From the sequence record MZ375241.1: a stretch of 38,926 nt of DNA; one strand, given 5' to 3'. The translations under genes were made by a program, and so were the position numbers. This DNA is from Escherichia phage T7. Each line of letters begins with the position of its first letter. Positions within the stretch are counted from its first letter, which is position 1. The notes beneath the pieces were generated by a model, which saw only the letters and a list, made by a program, of their open reading frames with translations, made no database searches and was not told where the DNA came from. Positions 1 through 8,438 of the stretch are shown one piece after another.

Positions 1-160
1 TCTCACAGTGTACGGACCTAAAGTTCCCCCATAGGGGGTACCTAAAGCCCAGCCAATCACCTAAAGTCAACCTTCGGTTGACCTTGAGGGTTCCCTAAGG
101 GTTGGGGATGACCCTTGGGTTTGTCTTTGGGTGTTACCTTGAGTGTCTCTCTGTGTCCCT
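1..160 (+). repeat. Left direct terminal repeat (160 bp), identical to 38767-38926
   Basis: Exact duplicate of the last 160 bases of the window; T7-type terminal redundancy. Confidence 0.95.
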
Positions 161-174
161 ACCTGTTACAGTCT

Positions 175-338
175 CCTAAAGTATCCTCCTAAAGTCACCT
201 CCTAACGTCCATCCTAAAGCCAACACCTAAAGCCTACACCTAAAGACCCATCAAGTCAACGCCTATCTTAAAGTTTAAACATAAAGACCAGACCTAAAGA
301 CCAGACCTAAAGACACTACATAAAGACCAGACCTAAAG
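175..338 (+). repeat. Array of CCTAAAG-like heptamers just inside the left terminal repeat
   Basis: cctaaag or 1-mismatch variants at about 175,188,200,213,226,239,293,306,332; three more copies inside the terminal repeat (17,41,59). Confidence 0.7.
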
Positions 339-387
339 ACGCCTTGTTGTTAGCCATAAAGTGATAACCTTTAATCATTGTCTTTAT

Positions 388-410
388 TAATACAACTCAC
401 TATAGGGAGA
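388..410 (+). promoter_or_regulatory. T7 RNAP promoter phiOL (+1 G at 405), non-consensus A at -11
   Basis: taatacaactcactatagggaga; 22/23 match to the T7 promoter consensus. Confidence 0.85.
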
Positions 411-461
411 GACAACTTAAAGAGACTTAAAAGATTAATTTAAAATTTATCAAAAAGAGTA

Positions 462-498
462 TTGACTTAAAGTCTAACCTATAGGATACTTACAGCCA
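462..498 (+). promoter_or_regulatory. E. coli sigma70 early promoter A1
   Basis: -35 ttgact (462-467), 17-bp spacer, -10 gatact (485-490); T7 A1 by position and sequence. Confidence 0.8.
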
Positions 499-588
499 TC
501 GAGAGGGACACGGCGAATAGCCATCCCAATCGACACCGGGGTCAACCGGATAAGTAGACAGCCTGATAAGTCGCACGAAAAACAGGTA

Positions 589-626
589 TTGACAACATGA
601 AGTAACATGCAGTAAGATACAAATCG
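589..626 (+). promoter_or_regulatory. E. coli sigma70 early promoter A2
   Basis: -35 ttgaca (589-594), -10 taagat (613-618). Confidence 0.8.
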
Positions 627-713
627 CTAGGTAACACTAGCAGCGTCAACCGGGCGCACAGTGCCTTCTAGGTGACTTAAGCGCACCACGGCACATAAGG
701 TGAAACAAAACGG

Positions 714-750
714 TTGACAACATGAAGTAAACACGGTACGATGTACCACA
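714..750 (+). promoter_or_regulatory. E. coli sigma70 early promoter A3
   Basis: -35 ttgaca (714-719), -10 tacgat (737-742). Confidence 0.8.
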
Positions 751-862
751 TGAAACGACAGTGAGTCACCACACTGAAAGGTGATGCGGTCTAACGAAAC
801 CTGACCTAAGACGCTCTTTAACAATCTGGTAAATAGCTCTTGAGTGCATGACTAGCGGATAA

Positions 863-889
863 CTCAAGGGTATCGCAAGGTGCCCTTTA
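863..889 (+). promoter_or_regulatory. RNase III processing hairpin R0.3 upstream of ocr
   Basis: ctcaaggg...gcccttt hairpin of the same family as the other T7 RNase III sites. Confidence 0.55.
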
Positions 890-924
890 TGATATTCACT
901 AATAACTGCACGAGGTAACACAAG

Positions 925-1278
925 ATGGCTATGTCTAACATGACTTACAACAACGTTTTCGACCACGCTTACGAAATGCTGAAAGAAAACATCCGTTATG
1001 ATGACATCCGTGACACTGATGACCTGCACGATGCTATTCACATGGCTGCCGATAATGCAGTTCCGCACTACTACGCTGACATCTTTAGCGTAATGGCAAG
1101 TGAGGGCATTGACCTTGAGTTCGAAGACTCTGGTCTGATGCCTGACACCAAGGACGTAATCCGCATCCTGCAAGCGCGTATCTATGAGCAATTAACGATT
1201 GACCTCTGGGAAGACGCAGAAGACTTGCTCAATGAATACTTGGAGGAAGTCGAGGAGTACGAGGAGGATGAAGAGTAA
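925..1278 (+). CDS. 0.3: Ocr anti-restriction protein (DNA mimic, inhibits type I R-M)
   Basis: 117-aa ORF, very acidic with poly-E C-terminus; matches T7 gp0.3. Confidence 0.95.
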
Positions 1279-1409
1279 TGTCTACTACCAACGTGCAATA
1301 CGGTCTGACCGCTCAAACTGTACTTTTCTATAGCGACATGGGGCGGCGTGGCATAGACGAAAGGAAAAGGTTAAAGCCAAGAAACTCGCCGCACTTGAAC
1401 AGGCACTAG
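1278..1409 (+). pseudogene. 0.4: Gene 0.4 remnant: first ~21 codons of the FtsZ inhibitor gp0.4 fused to a 22-codon non-native tail
   Basis: ATG overlaps the ocr stop (taATG); translation [21 protein letters not shown] then GRRGIDERKRLKPRNSPHLNRH*; junction near 1340/1341. Confidence 0.7.
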
Positions 1410-1457
1410 CCAACACACTGAACGCTATCTCATAACGAACATAAAGGACACAATGCA

Positions 1458-2537
1458 ATGAACATTACCGACATCATGAACGCTATCGACGCAATCAAAG
1501 CACTGCCAATCTGTGAACTTGACAAGCGTCAAGGTATGCTTATCGACTTACTGGTCGAGATGGTCAACAGCGAGACGTGTGATGGCGAGCTAACCGAACT
1601 AAATCAGGCACTTGAGCATCAAGATTGGTGGACTACCTTGAAGTGTCTCACGGCTGACGCAGGGTTCAAGATGCTCGGTAATGGTCACTTCTCGGCTGCT
1701 TATAGTCACCCGCTGCTACCTAACAGAGTGATTAAGGTGGGCTTTAAGAAAGAGGATTCAGGCGCAGCCTATACCGCATTCTGCCGCATGTATCAGGGTC
1801 GTCCTGGTATCCCTAACGTCTACGATGTACAGCGCCACGCTGGATGCTATACGGTGGTACTTGACGCACTTAAGGATTGCGAGCGTTTCAACAATGATGC
1901 CCATTATAAATACGCTGAGATTGCAAGCGACATCATTGATTGCAATTCGGATGAGCATGATGAGTTAACTGGATGGGATGGTGAGTTTGTTGAAACTTGT
2001 AAACTAATCCGCAAGTTCTTTGAGGGCATCGCCTCATTCGACATGCATAGCGGGAACATCATGTTCTCAAATGGAGACGTACCATACATCACCGACCCGG
2101 TATCATTCTCGCAGAAGAAAGACGGTGGCGCATTCAGCATCGACCCTGAGGAACTCATCAAGGAAGTCGAGGAAGTCGCACGACAGAAAGAAATTGACCG
2201 CGCTAAGGCCCGTAAAGAACGTCACGAGGGGCGCTTAGAGGCACGCAGATTCAAACGTCGCAACCGCAAGGCACGTAAAGCACACAAAGCTAAGCGCGAA
2301 AGAATGCTTGCTGCGTGGCGATGGGCTGAACGTCAAGAACGGCGTAACCATGAGGTAGCTGTAGATGTACTAGGAAGAACCAATAACGCTATGCTCTGGG
2401 TCAACATGTTCTCTGGGGACTTTAAGGCGCTTGAGGAACGAATCGCGCTGCACTGGCGTAATGCTGACCGGATGGCTATCGCTAATGGTCTTACGCTCAA
2501 CATTGATAAGCAACTTGACGCAATGTTAATGGGCTGA
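1458..2537 (+). CDS. 0.7: Serine/threonine protein kinase / host transcription shut-off protein
   Basis: 359-aa ORF matching T7 gp0.7. Confidence 0.95.
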
Positions 2538-2607
2538 TAGTCTTATCTTACAGGTCATCTGCGGGTGGCCTGAATAGGTACGATTTACTAACTGGAAGAG
2601 GCACTAA

Positions 2608-5259
2608 ATGAACACGATTAACATCGCTAAGAACGACTTCTCTGACATCGAACTGGCTGCTATCCCGTTCAACACTCTGGCTGACCATTACGGTGAGCGT
2701 TTAGCTCGCGAACAGTTGGCCCTTGAGCATGAGTCTTACGAGATGGGTGAAGCACGCTTCCGCAAGATGTTTGAGCGTCAACTTAAAGCTGGTGAGGTTG
2801 CGGATAACGCTGCCGCCAAGCCTCTCATCACTACCCTACTCCCTAAGATGATTGCACGCATCAACGACTGGTTTGAGGAAGTGAAAGCTAAGCGCGGCAA
2901 GCGCCCGACAGCCTTCCAGTTCCTGCAAGAAATCAAGCCGGAAGCCGTAGCGTACATCACCATTAAGACCACTCTGGCTTGCCTAACCAGTGCTGACAAT
3001 ACAACCGTTCAGGCTGTAGCAAGCGCAATCGGTCGGGCCATTGAGGACGAGGCTCGCTTCGGTCGTATCCGTGACCTTGAAGCTAAGCACTTCAAGAAAA
3101 ACGTTGAGGAACAACTCAACAAGCGCGTAGGGCACGTCTACAAGAAAGCATTTATGCGAGTTGTCGAGGCTGACATGCTCTCTAAGGGTCTACTCGGTGG
3201 CGAGGCGTGGTCTTCGTGGCATAAGGAAGACTCTATTCATGTAGGAGTACGCTGCATCGAGATGCTCATTGAGTCAACCGGAATGGTTAGCTTACACCGC
3301 CAAAATGCTGGCGTAGTAGGTCAAGACTCTGAGACTATCGAACTCGCACCTGAATACGCTGAGGCTATCGCAACCCGTGCAGGTGCGCTGGCTGGCATCT
3401 CTCCGATGTTCCAACCTTGCGTAGTTCCTCCTAAGCCGTGGACTGGCATTACTGGTGGTGGCTATTGGGCTAACGGTCGTCGTCCTCTGGCGCTGGTGCG
3501 TACTCACAGTAAGAAAGCACTGATGCGCTACGAAGACGTTTACATGCCTGAGGTGTACAAAGCGATTAACATTGCGCAAAACACCGCATGGAAAATCAAC
3601 AAGAAAGTCCTAGCGGTCGCCAACGTAATCACCAAGTGGAAGCATTGTCCGGTCGAGGACATCCCTGCGATTGAGCGTGAAGAACTCCCGATGAAACCGG
3701 AAGACATCGACATGAATCCTGAGGCTCTCACCGCGTGGAAACGTGCTGCCGCTGCTGTGTACCGCAAGGACAAGGCTCGCAAGTCTCGCCGTATCAGCCT
3801 TGAGTTCATGCTTGAGCAAGCCAATAAGTTTGCTAACCATAAGGCCATCTGGTTCCCTTACAACATGGACTGGCGCGGTCGTGTTTACGCTGTGTCAATG
3901 TTCAACCCGCAAGGTAACGATATGACCAAAGGACTGCTTACGCTGGCGAAAGGTAAACCAATCGGTAAGGAAGGTTACTACTGGCTGAAAATCCACGGTG
4001 CAAACTGTGCGGGTGTCGATAAGGTTCCGTTCCCTGAGCGCATCAAGTTCATTGAGGAAAACCACGAGAACATCATGGCTTGCGCTAAGTCTCCACTGGA
4101 GAACACTTGGTGGGCTGAGCAAGATTCTCCGTTCTGCTTCCTTGCGTTCTGCTTTGAGTACGCTGGGGTACAGCACCACGGCCTGAGCTATAACTGCTCC
4201 CTTCCGCTGGCGTTTGACGGGTCTTGCTCTGGCATCCAGCACTTCTCCGCGATGCTCCGAGATGAGGTAGGTGGTCGCGCGGTTAACTTGCTTCCTAGTG
4301 AAACCGTTCAGGACATCTACGGGATTGTTGCTAAGAAAGTCAACGAGATTCTACAAGCAGACGCAATCAATGGGACCGATAACGAAGTAGTTACCGTGAC
4401 CGATGAGAACACTGGTGAAATCTCTGAGAAAGTCAAGCTGGGCACTAAGGCACTGGCTGGTCAATGGCTGGCTTACGGTGTTACTCGCAGTGTGACTAAG
4501 CGTTCAGTCATGACGCTGGCTTACGGGTCCAAAGAGTTCGGCTTCCGTCAACAAGTGCTGGAAGATACCATTCAGCCAGCTATTGATTCCGGCAAGGGTC
4601 TGATGTTCACTCAGCCGAATCAGGCTGCTGGATACATGGCTAAGCTGATTTGGGAATCTGTGAGCGTGACGGTGGTAGCTGCGGTTGAAGCAATGAACTG
4701 GCTTAAGTCTGCTGCTAAGCTGCTGGCTGCTGAGGTCAAAGATAAGAAGACTGGAGAGATTCTTCGCAAGCGTTGCGCTGTGCATTGGGTAACTCCTGAT
4801 GGTTTCCCTGTGTGGCAGGAATACAAGAAGCCTATTCAGACGCGCTTGAACCTGATGTTCCTCGGTCAGTTCCGCTTACAGCCTACCATTAACACCAACA
4901 AAGATAGCGAGATTGATGCACACAAACAGGAGTCTGGTATCGCTCCTAACTTTGTACACAGCCAAGACGGTAGCCACCTTCGTAAGACTGTAGTGTGGGC
5001 ACACGAGAAGTACGGAATCGAATCTTTTGCACTGATTCACGACTCCTTCGGTACCATTCCGGCTGACGCTGCGAACCTGTTCAAAGCAGTGCGCGAAACT
5101 ATGGTTGACACATATGAGTCTTGTGATGTACTGGCTGATTTCTACGACCAGTTCGCTGACCAGTTGCACGAGTCTCAATTGGACAAAATGCCAGCACTTC
5201 CGGCTAAAGGTAACTTGAACCTCCGTGACATCTTAGAGTCGGACTTCGCGTTCGCGTAA
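2608..5259 (+). CDS. 1: T7 DNA-dependent RNA polymerase (single subunit)
   Basis: 883-aa ORF; recognisable T7 RNAP sequence ending ...DILESDFAFA. Confidence 0.98.
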   Translation: MNTINIAKNDFSDIELAAIPFNTLADHYGERLAREQLALEHESYEMGEARFRKMFERQLKAGEVADNAAAKPLITTLLPKMIARINDWFEEVKAKRGKRPTAFQFLQEIKPEAVAYITIKTTLACLTSADNTTVQAVASAIGRAIEDEARFGRIRDLEAKHFKKNVEEQLNKRVGHVYKKAFMRVVEADMLSKGLLGGEAWSSWHKEDSIHVGVRCIEMLIESTGMVSLHRQNAGVVGQDSETIELAPEYAEAIATRAGALAGISPMFQPCVVPPKPWTGITGGGYWANGRRPLALVRTHSKKALMRYEDVYMPEVYKAINIAQNTAWKINKKVLAVANVITKWKHCPVEDIPAIEREELPMKPEDIDMNPEALTAWKRAAAAVYRKDKARKSRRISLEFMLEQANKFANHKAIWFPYNMDWRGRVYAVSMFNPQGNDMTKGLLTLAKGKPIGKEGYYWLKIHGANCAGVDKVPFPERIKFIEENHENIMACAKSPLENTWWAEQDSPFCFLAFCFEYAGVQHHGLSYNCSLPLAFDGSCSGIQHFSAMLRDEVGGRAVNLLPSETVQDIYGIVAKKVNEILQADAINGTDNEVVTVTDENTGEISEKVKLGTKALAGQWLAYGVTRSVTKRSVMTLAYGSKEFGFRQQVLEDTIQPAIDSGKGLMFTQPNQAAGYMAKLIWESVSVTVVAAVEAMNWLKSAAKLLAAEVKDKKTGEILRKRCAVHWVTPDGFPVWQEYKKPIQTRLNLMFLGQFRLQPTINTNKDSEIDAHKQESGIAPNFVHSQDGSHLRKTVVWAHEKYGIESFALIHDSFGTIPADAANLFKAVRETMVDTYESCDVLADFYDQFADQLHESQLDKMPALPAKGNLNLRDILESDFAFA

Positions 5260-5267
5260 CGCCAAAT

Positions 5268-5290
5268 CAATACGACTCACTATAGAGGGA
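5268..5290 (+). promoter_or_regulatory. T7 RNAP promoter phi1.1A (+1 at 5285)
   Basis: caatacgactcactatagaggga. Confidence 0.85.
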
Positions 5291-5294
5291 CAAA

Positions 5295-5324
5295 CTCAAG
5301 GTCATTCGCAAGAGTGGCCTTTAT
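5295..5324 (+). promoter_or_regulatory. RNase III site R1.1
   Basis: ctcaaggtcattcgcaagagtggccttt hairpin, the classic R1.1 substrate. Confidence 0.7.
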
Positions 5325-5342
5325 GATTGACCTTCTTCCGGT

Positions 5343-5365
5343 TAATACGACTCACTATAGGAGAA
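5343..5365 (+). promoter_or_regulatory. T7 RNAP promoter phi1.1B (+1 at 5360)
   Basis: taatacgactcactataggagaa. Confidence 0.85.
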
Positions 5366-5443
5366 CCTTAAGGTTTAACTTTAAGACCCTTAAGTGTTAA
5401 TTAGAGATTTAAATTAAAGAATTACTAAGAGAGGACTTTAAGT

Positions 5444-5572
5444 ATGCGTAACTTCGAAAAGATGACCAAACGTTCTAACCGTAATGCTCGTGACTTCGAG
5501 GCAACCAAAGGTCGCAAGTTGAATAAGACTAAGCGTGACCGCTCTCACAAGCGTAGCTGGGAGGGTCAGTAA
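5444..5572 (+). CDS. 1.1: Small basic protein, function unknown
   Basis: 42-codon ORF MRNFEKMTKRSNRNARDFEATKGRKLNKTKRDRSHKRSWEGQ with RBS; T7 gene 1.1 position. Confidence 0.8.
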   Translation: MRNFEKMTKRSNRNARDFEATKGRKLNKTKRDRSHKRSWEGQ

Positions 5573-5573
5573 G

Positions 5574-5831
5574 ATGGGACGTTTATATAGTGGTAATCTG
5601 GCAGCATTCAAGGCAGCAACAAACAAGCTGTTCCAGTTAGACTTAGCGGTCATTTATGATGACTGGTATGATGCCTATACAAGAAAAGATTGCATACGGT
5701 TACGTATTGAGGACAGGAGTGGAAACCTGATTGATACTAGCACCTTCTACCACCACGACGAGGACGTTCTGTTCAATATGTGTACTGATTGGTTGAACCA
5801 TATGTATGACCAGTTGAAGGACTGGAAGTAA
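5574..5831 (+). CDS. 1.2: Inhibitor of host dGTP triphosphohydrolase
   Basis: ATG at 5574 one base after the 1.1 stop; 85 aa; six-frame ORF 5535-5831 carries an upstream extension. Confidence 0.85.
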   Translation: MGRLYSGNLAAFKAATNKLFQLDLAVIYDDWYDAYTRKDCIRLRIEDRSGNLIDTSTFYHHDEDVLFNMCTDWLNHMYDQLKDWK

Positions 5832-5851
5832 TACGACTCAGTATAGGGACA
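5829..5851 (+). promoter_or_regulatory. T7 RNAP promoter phi1.3 (+1 at 5846)
   Basis: taatacgactcagtatagggaca. Confidence 0.85.
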
Positions 5852-5855
5852 ATGC

Positions 5856-5882
5856 TTAAGGTCGCTCTCTAGGAGTGGCCTT
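5856..5882 (+). promoter_or_regulatory. RNase III site R1.3
   Basis: ttaaggtcgctctctaggagtggcctt hairpin. Confidence 0.6.
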
Positions 5883-5911
5883 AGTCATTTAACCAATAGG
5901 AGATAAACATT

Positions 5912-6991
5912 ATGATGAACATTAAGACTAACCCGTTTAAAGCCGTGTCTTTCGTAGAGTCTGCCATTAAGAAGGCTCTGGATAACGCTGGGTATCTTAT
6001 CGCTGAAATCAAGTACGATGGTGTACGCGGGAACATCTGCGTAGACAATACTGCTAACAGTTACTGGCTCTCTCGTGTATCTAAAACGATTCCGGCACTG
6101 GAGCACTTAAACGGGTTTGATGTTCGCTGGAAGCGTCTACTGAACGATGACCGTTGCTTCTACAAAGATGGCTTTATGCTTGATGGGGAACTCATGGTCA
6201 AGGGCGTAGACTTTAACACAGGGTCCGGCCTACTGCGTACCAAATGGACTGACACGAAGAACCAAGAGTTCCATGAAGAGTTATTCGTTGAACCAATCCG
6301 TAAGAAAGATAAAGTTCCCTTTAAGCTGCACACTGGACACCTTCACATAAAACTGTACGCTATCCTCCCGCTGCACATCGTGGAGTCTGGAGAAGACTGT
6401 GATGTCATGACGTTGCTCATGCAGGAACACGTTAAGAACATGCTGCCTCTGCTACAGGAATACTTCCCTGAAATCGAATGGCAAGCGGCTGAATCTTACG
6501 AGGTCTACGATATGGTAGAACTACAGCAACTGTACGAGCAGAAGCGAGCAGAAGGCCATGAGGGTCTCATTGTGAAAGACCCGATGTGTATCTATAAGCG
6601 CGGTAAGAAATCTGGCTGGTGGAAAATGAAACCTGAGAACGAAGCTGACGGTATCATTCAGGGTCTGGTATGGGGTACAAAAGGTCTGGCTAATGAAGGT
6701 AAAGTGATTGGTTTTGAGGTGCTTCTTGAGAGTGGTCGTTTAGTTAACGCCACGAATATCTCTCGCGCCTTAATGGATGAGTTCACTGAGACAGTAAAAG
6801 AGGCCACCCTAAGTCAATGGGGATTCTTTAGCCCATACGGTATTGGCGACAACGATGCTTGTACTATTAACCCTTACGATGGCTGGGCGTGTCAAATTAG
6901 CTACATGGAGGAAACACCTGATGGCTCTTTGCGGCACCCATCGTTCGTAATGTTCCGTGGCACCGAGGACAACCCTCAAGAGAAAATGTAA
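5912..6991 (+). CDS. 1.3: ATP-dependent DNA ligase
   Basis: 359-aa ORF; AEIKYDGVRG adenylation motif (KxDG). Confidence 0.95.
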   Translation: MMNIKTNPFKAVSFVESAIKKALDNAGYLIAEIKYDGVRGNICVDNTANSYWLSRVSKTIPALEHLNGFDVRWKRLLNDDRCFYKDGFMLDGELMVKGVDFNTGSGLLRTKWTDTKNQEFHEELFVEPIRKKDKVPFKLHTGHLHIKLYAILPLHIVESGEDCDVMTLLMQEHVKNMLPLLQEYFPEIEWQAAESYEVYDMVELQQLYEQKRAEGHEGLIVKDPMCIYKRGKKSGWWKMKPENEADGIIQGLVWGTKGLANEGKVIGFEVLLESGRLVNATNISRALMDEFTETVKEATLSQWGFFSPYGIGDNDACTINPYDGWACQISYMEETPDGSLRHPSFVMFRGTEDNPQEKM

Positions 6992-6998
6992 TCACACT

Positions 6999-7030
6999 GG
7001 CTCACCTTCGGGTGGGCCTTTCTGCGTTTA
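6999..7030 (+). terminator. Early terminator TE (host RNAP, rho-independent)
   Basis: ggctcacc-ttcg-ggtgggcc stem-loop followed by tttctgcgttt. Confidence 0.85.
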
Positions 7031-7041
7031 TAAGGAGACAC

Positions 7042-7064
7042 TTTTACGACTCACTAAAGGAGGT
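7042..7064 (+). promoter_or_regulatory. T7 RNAP promoter phi1.5 (+1 at 7059) with altered upstream edge
   Basis: ttttacgactcactaaaggaggt; -17..-14 reads tttt instead of taat; lies at a deletion junction. Confidence 0.7.
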
Positions 7065-7071
7065 ACACACC

Positions 7072-7161
7072 ATGATGTACTTAATGCCATTACTCATCGT
7101 CATTGTAGGATGCCTTGCGCTCCACTGTAGCGATGATGATATGCCAGATGGTCACGCTTAA
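7072..7161 (+). CDS. 1.5: Small hypothetical protein
   Basis: 29-codon ORF after RBS aaggaggt; T7 gene 1.5 position. Confidence 0.7.
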   Translation: MMYLMPLLIVIVGCLALHCSDDDMPDGHA

Positions 7162-7181
7162 TACGACTCACTAAAGGAGAC
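7159..7181 (+). promoter_or_regulatory. T7 RNAP promoter phi1.6 (+1 at 7176)
   Basis: taatacgactcactaaaggagac. Confidence 0.85.
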
Positions 7182-7186
7182 ACTAT

Positions 7187-7447
7187 ATGTTTCGACTTCA
7201 TTACAACAAAAGCGTTAAGAATTTCACGGTTCGCCGTGCTGACCGTTCAATCGTATGTGCGAGCGAGCGCCGAGCTAAGATACCTCTTATTGGTAACACA
7301 GTTCCTTTGGCACCGAGCGTCCACATCATTATCACCCGTGGTGACTTTGAGAAAGCAATAGACAAGAAACGTCCGGTTCTTAGTGTGGCAGTGACCCGCT
7401 TCCCGTTCGTCCGTCTGTTACTCAAACGAATCAAGGAGGTGTTCTGA
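7187..7447 (+). CDS. 1.6: Hypothetical protein
   Basis: 86-aa ORF with RBS aaaggaga. Confidence 0.85.
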
Positions 7448-8029
7448 TGGGACTGTTAGATGGTGAAGCCTGGGAAAAAGAAAACCCGCCAGTACAAGCA
7501 ACTGGGTGTATAGCTTGCTTAGAGAAAGATGACCGTTATCCACACACCTGTAACAAAGGAGCTAACGATATGACCGAACGTGAACAAGAGATGATCATTA
7601 AGTTGATAGACAATAATGAAGGTCGCCCAGATGATTTGAATGGCTGCGGTATTCTCTGCTCCAATGTCCCTTGCCACCTCTGCCCCGCAAATAACGATCA
7701 AAAGATAACCTTAGGTGAAATCCGAGCGATGGACCCACGTAAACCACATCTGAATAAACCTGAGGTAACTCCTACAGATGACCAGCCTTCCGCTGAGACA
7801 ATCGAAGGTGTCACTAAGCCTTCCCACTACATGCTGTTTGACGACATTGAGGCTATCGAAGTGATTGCTCGTTCAATGACCGTTGAGCAGTTCAAGGGAT
7901 ACTGCTTCGGTAACATCTTAAAGTACAGACTACGTGCTGGTAAGAAGTCAGAGTTAGCGTACTTAGAGAAAGACCTAGCGAAAGCAGACTTCTATAAAGA
8001 ACTCTTTGAGAAACATAAGGATAAATGTT

Positions 8030-8037
<8 letters not shown>
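7447..8037 (+). CDS. 1.7: Nucleotide (dNMP) kinase
   Basis: 196-aa ORF, ATG overlapping the 1.6 stop. Confidence 0.85.
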
Positions 8038-8370
<333 letters not shown>

Positions 8371-8373
<3 letters not shown>

Positions 8374-8393
8374 TACGACTCACTATTAGGGAA
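8371..8393 (+). promoter_or_regulatory. T7 RNAP promoter phi2.5 (+1 A at 8388)
   Basis: taatacgactcactattagggaa; the A-initiating class II promoter. Confidence 0.85.
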
Positions 8394-8438
8394 GACTCCC
8401 TCTGAGAAACCAAACGAAACCTAAAGGAGATTAACATT

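Noticed and set aside
175-338. Heptamer arrays as a CRISPR array
   Set aside because: Repeat unit is only 7 bp with irregular spacing and no 25-40 bp repeat-spacer periodicity
7072-7161. Gene 1.5 region as the missing gene 1.4
   Set aside because: The 29-codon ORF MMYLMPLLIVIVGCLALHCSDDDMPDGHA matches gene 1.5 in size and position after phi1.5; a 51-codon gene 1.4 cannot fit in the 80 bp between ligase and this ORF
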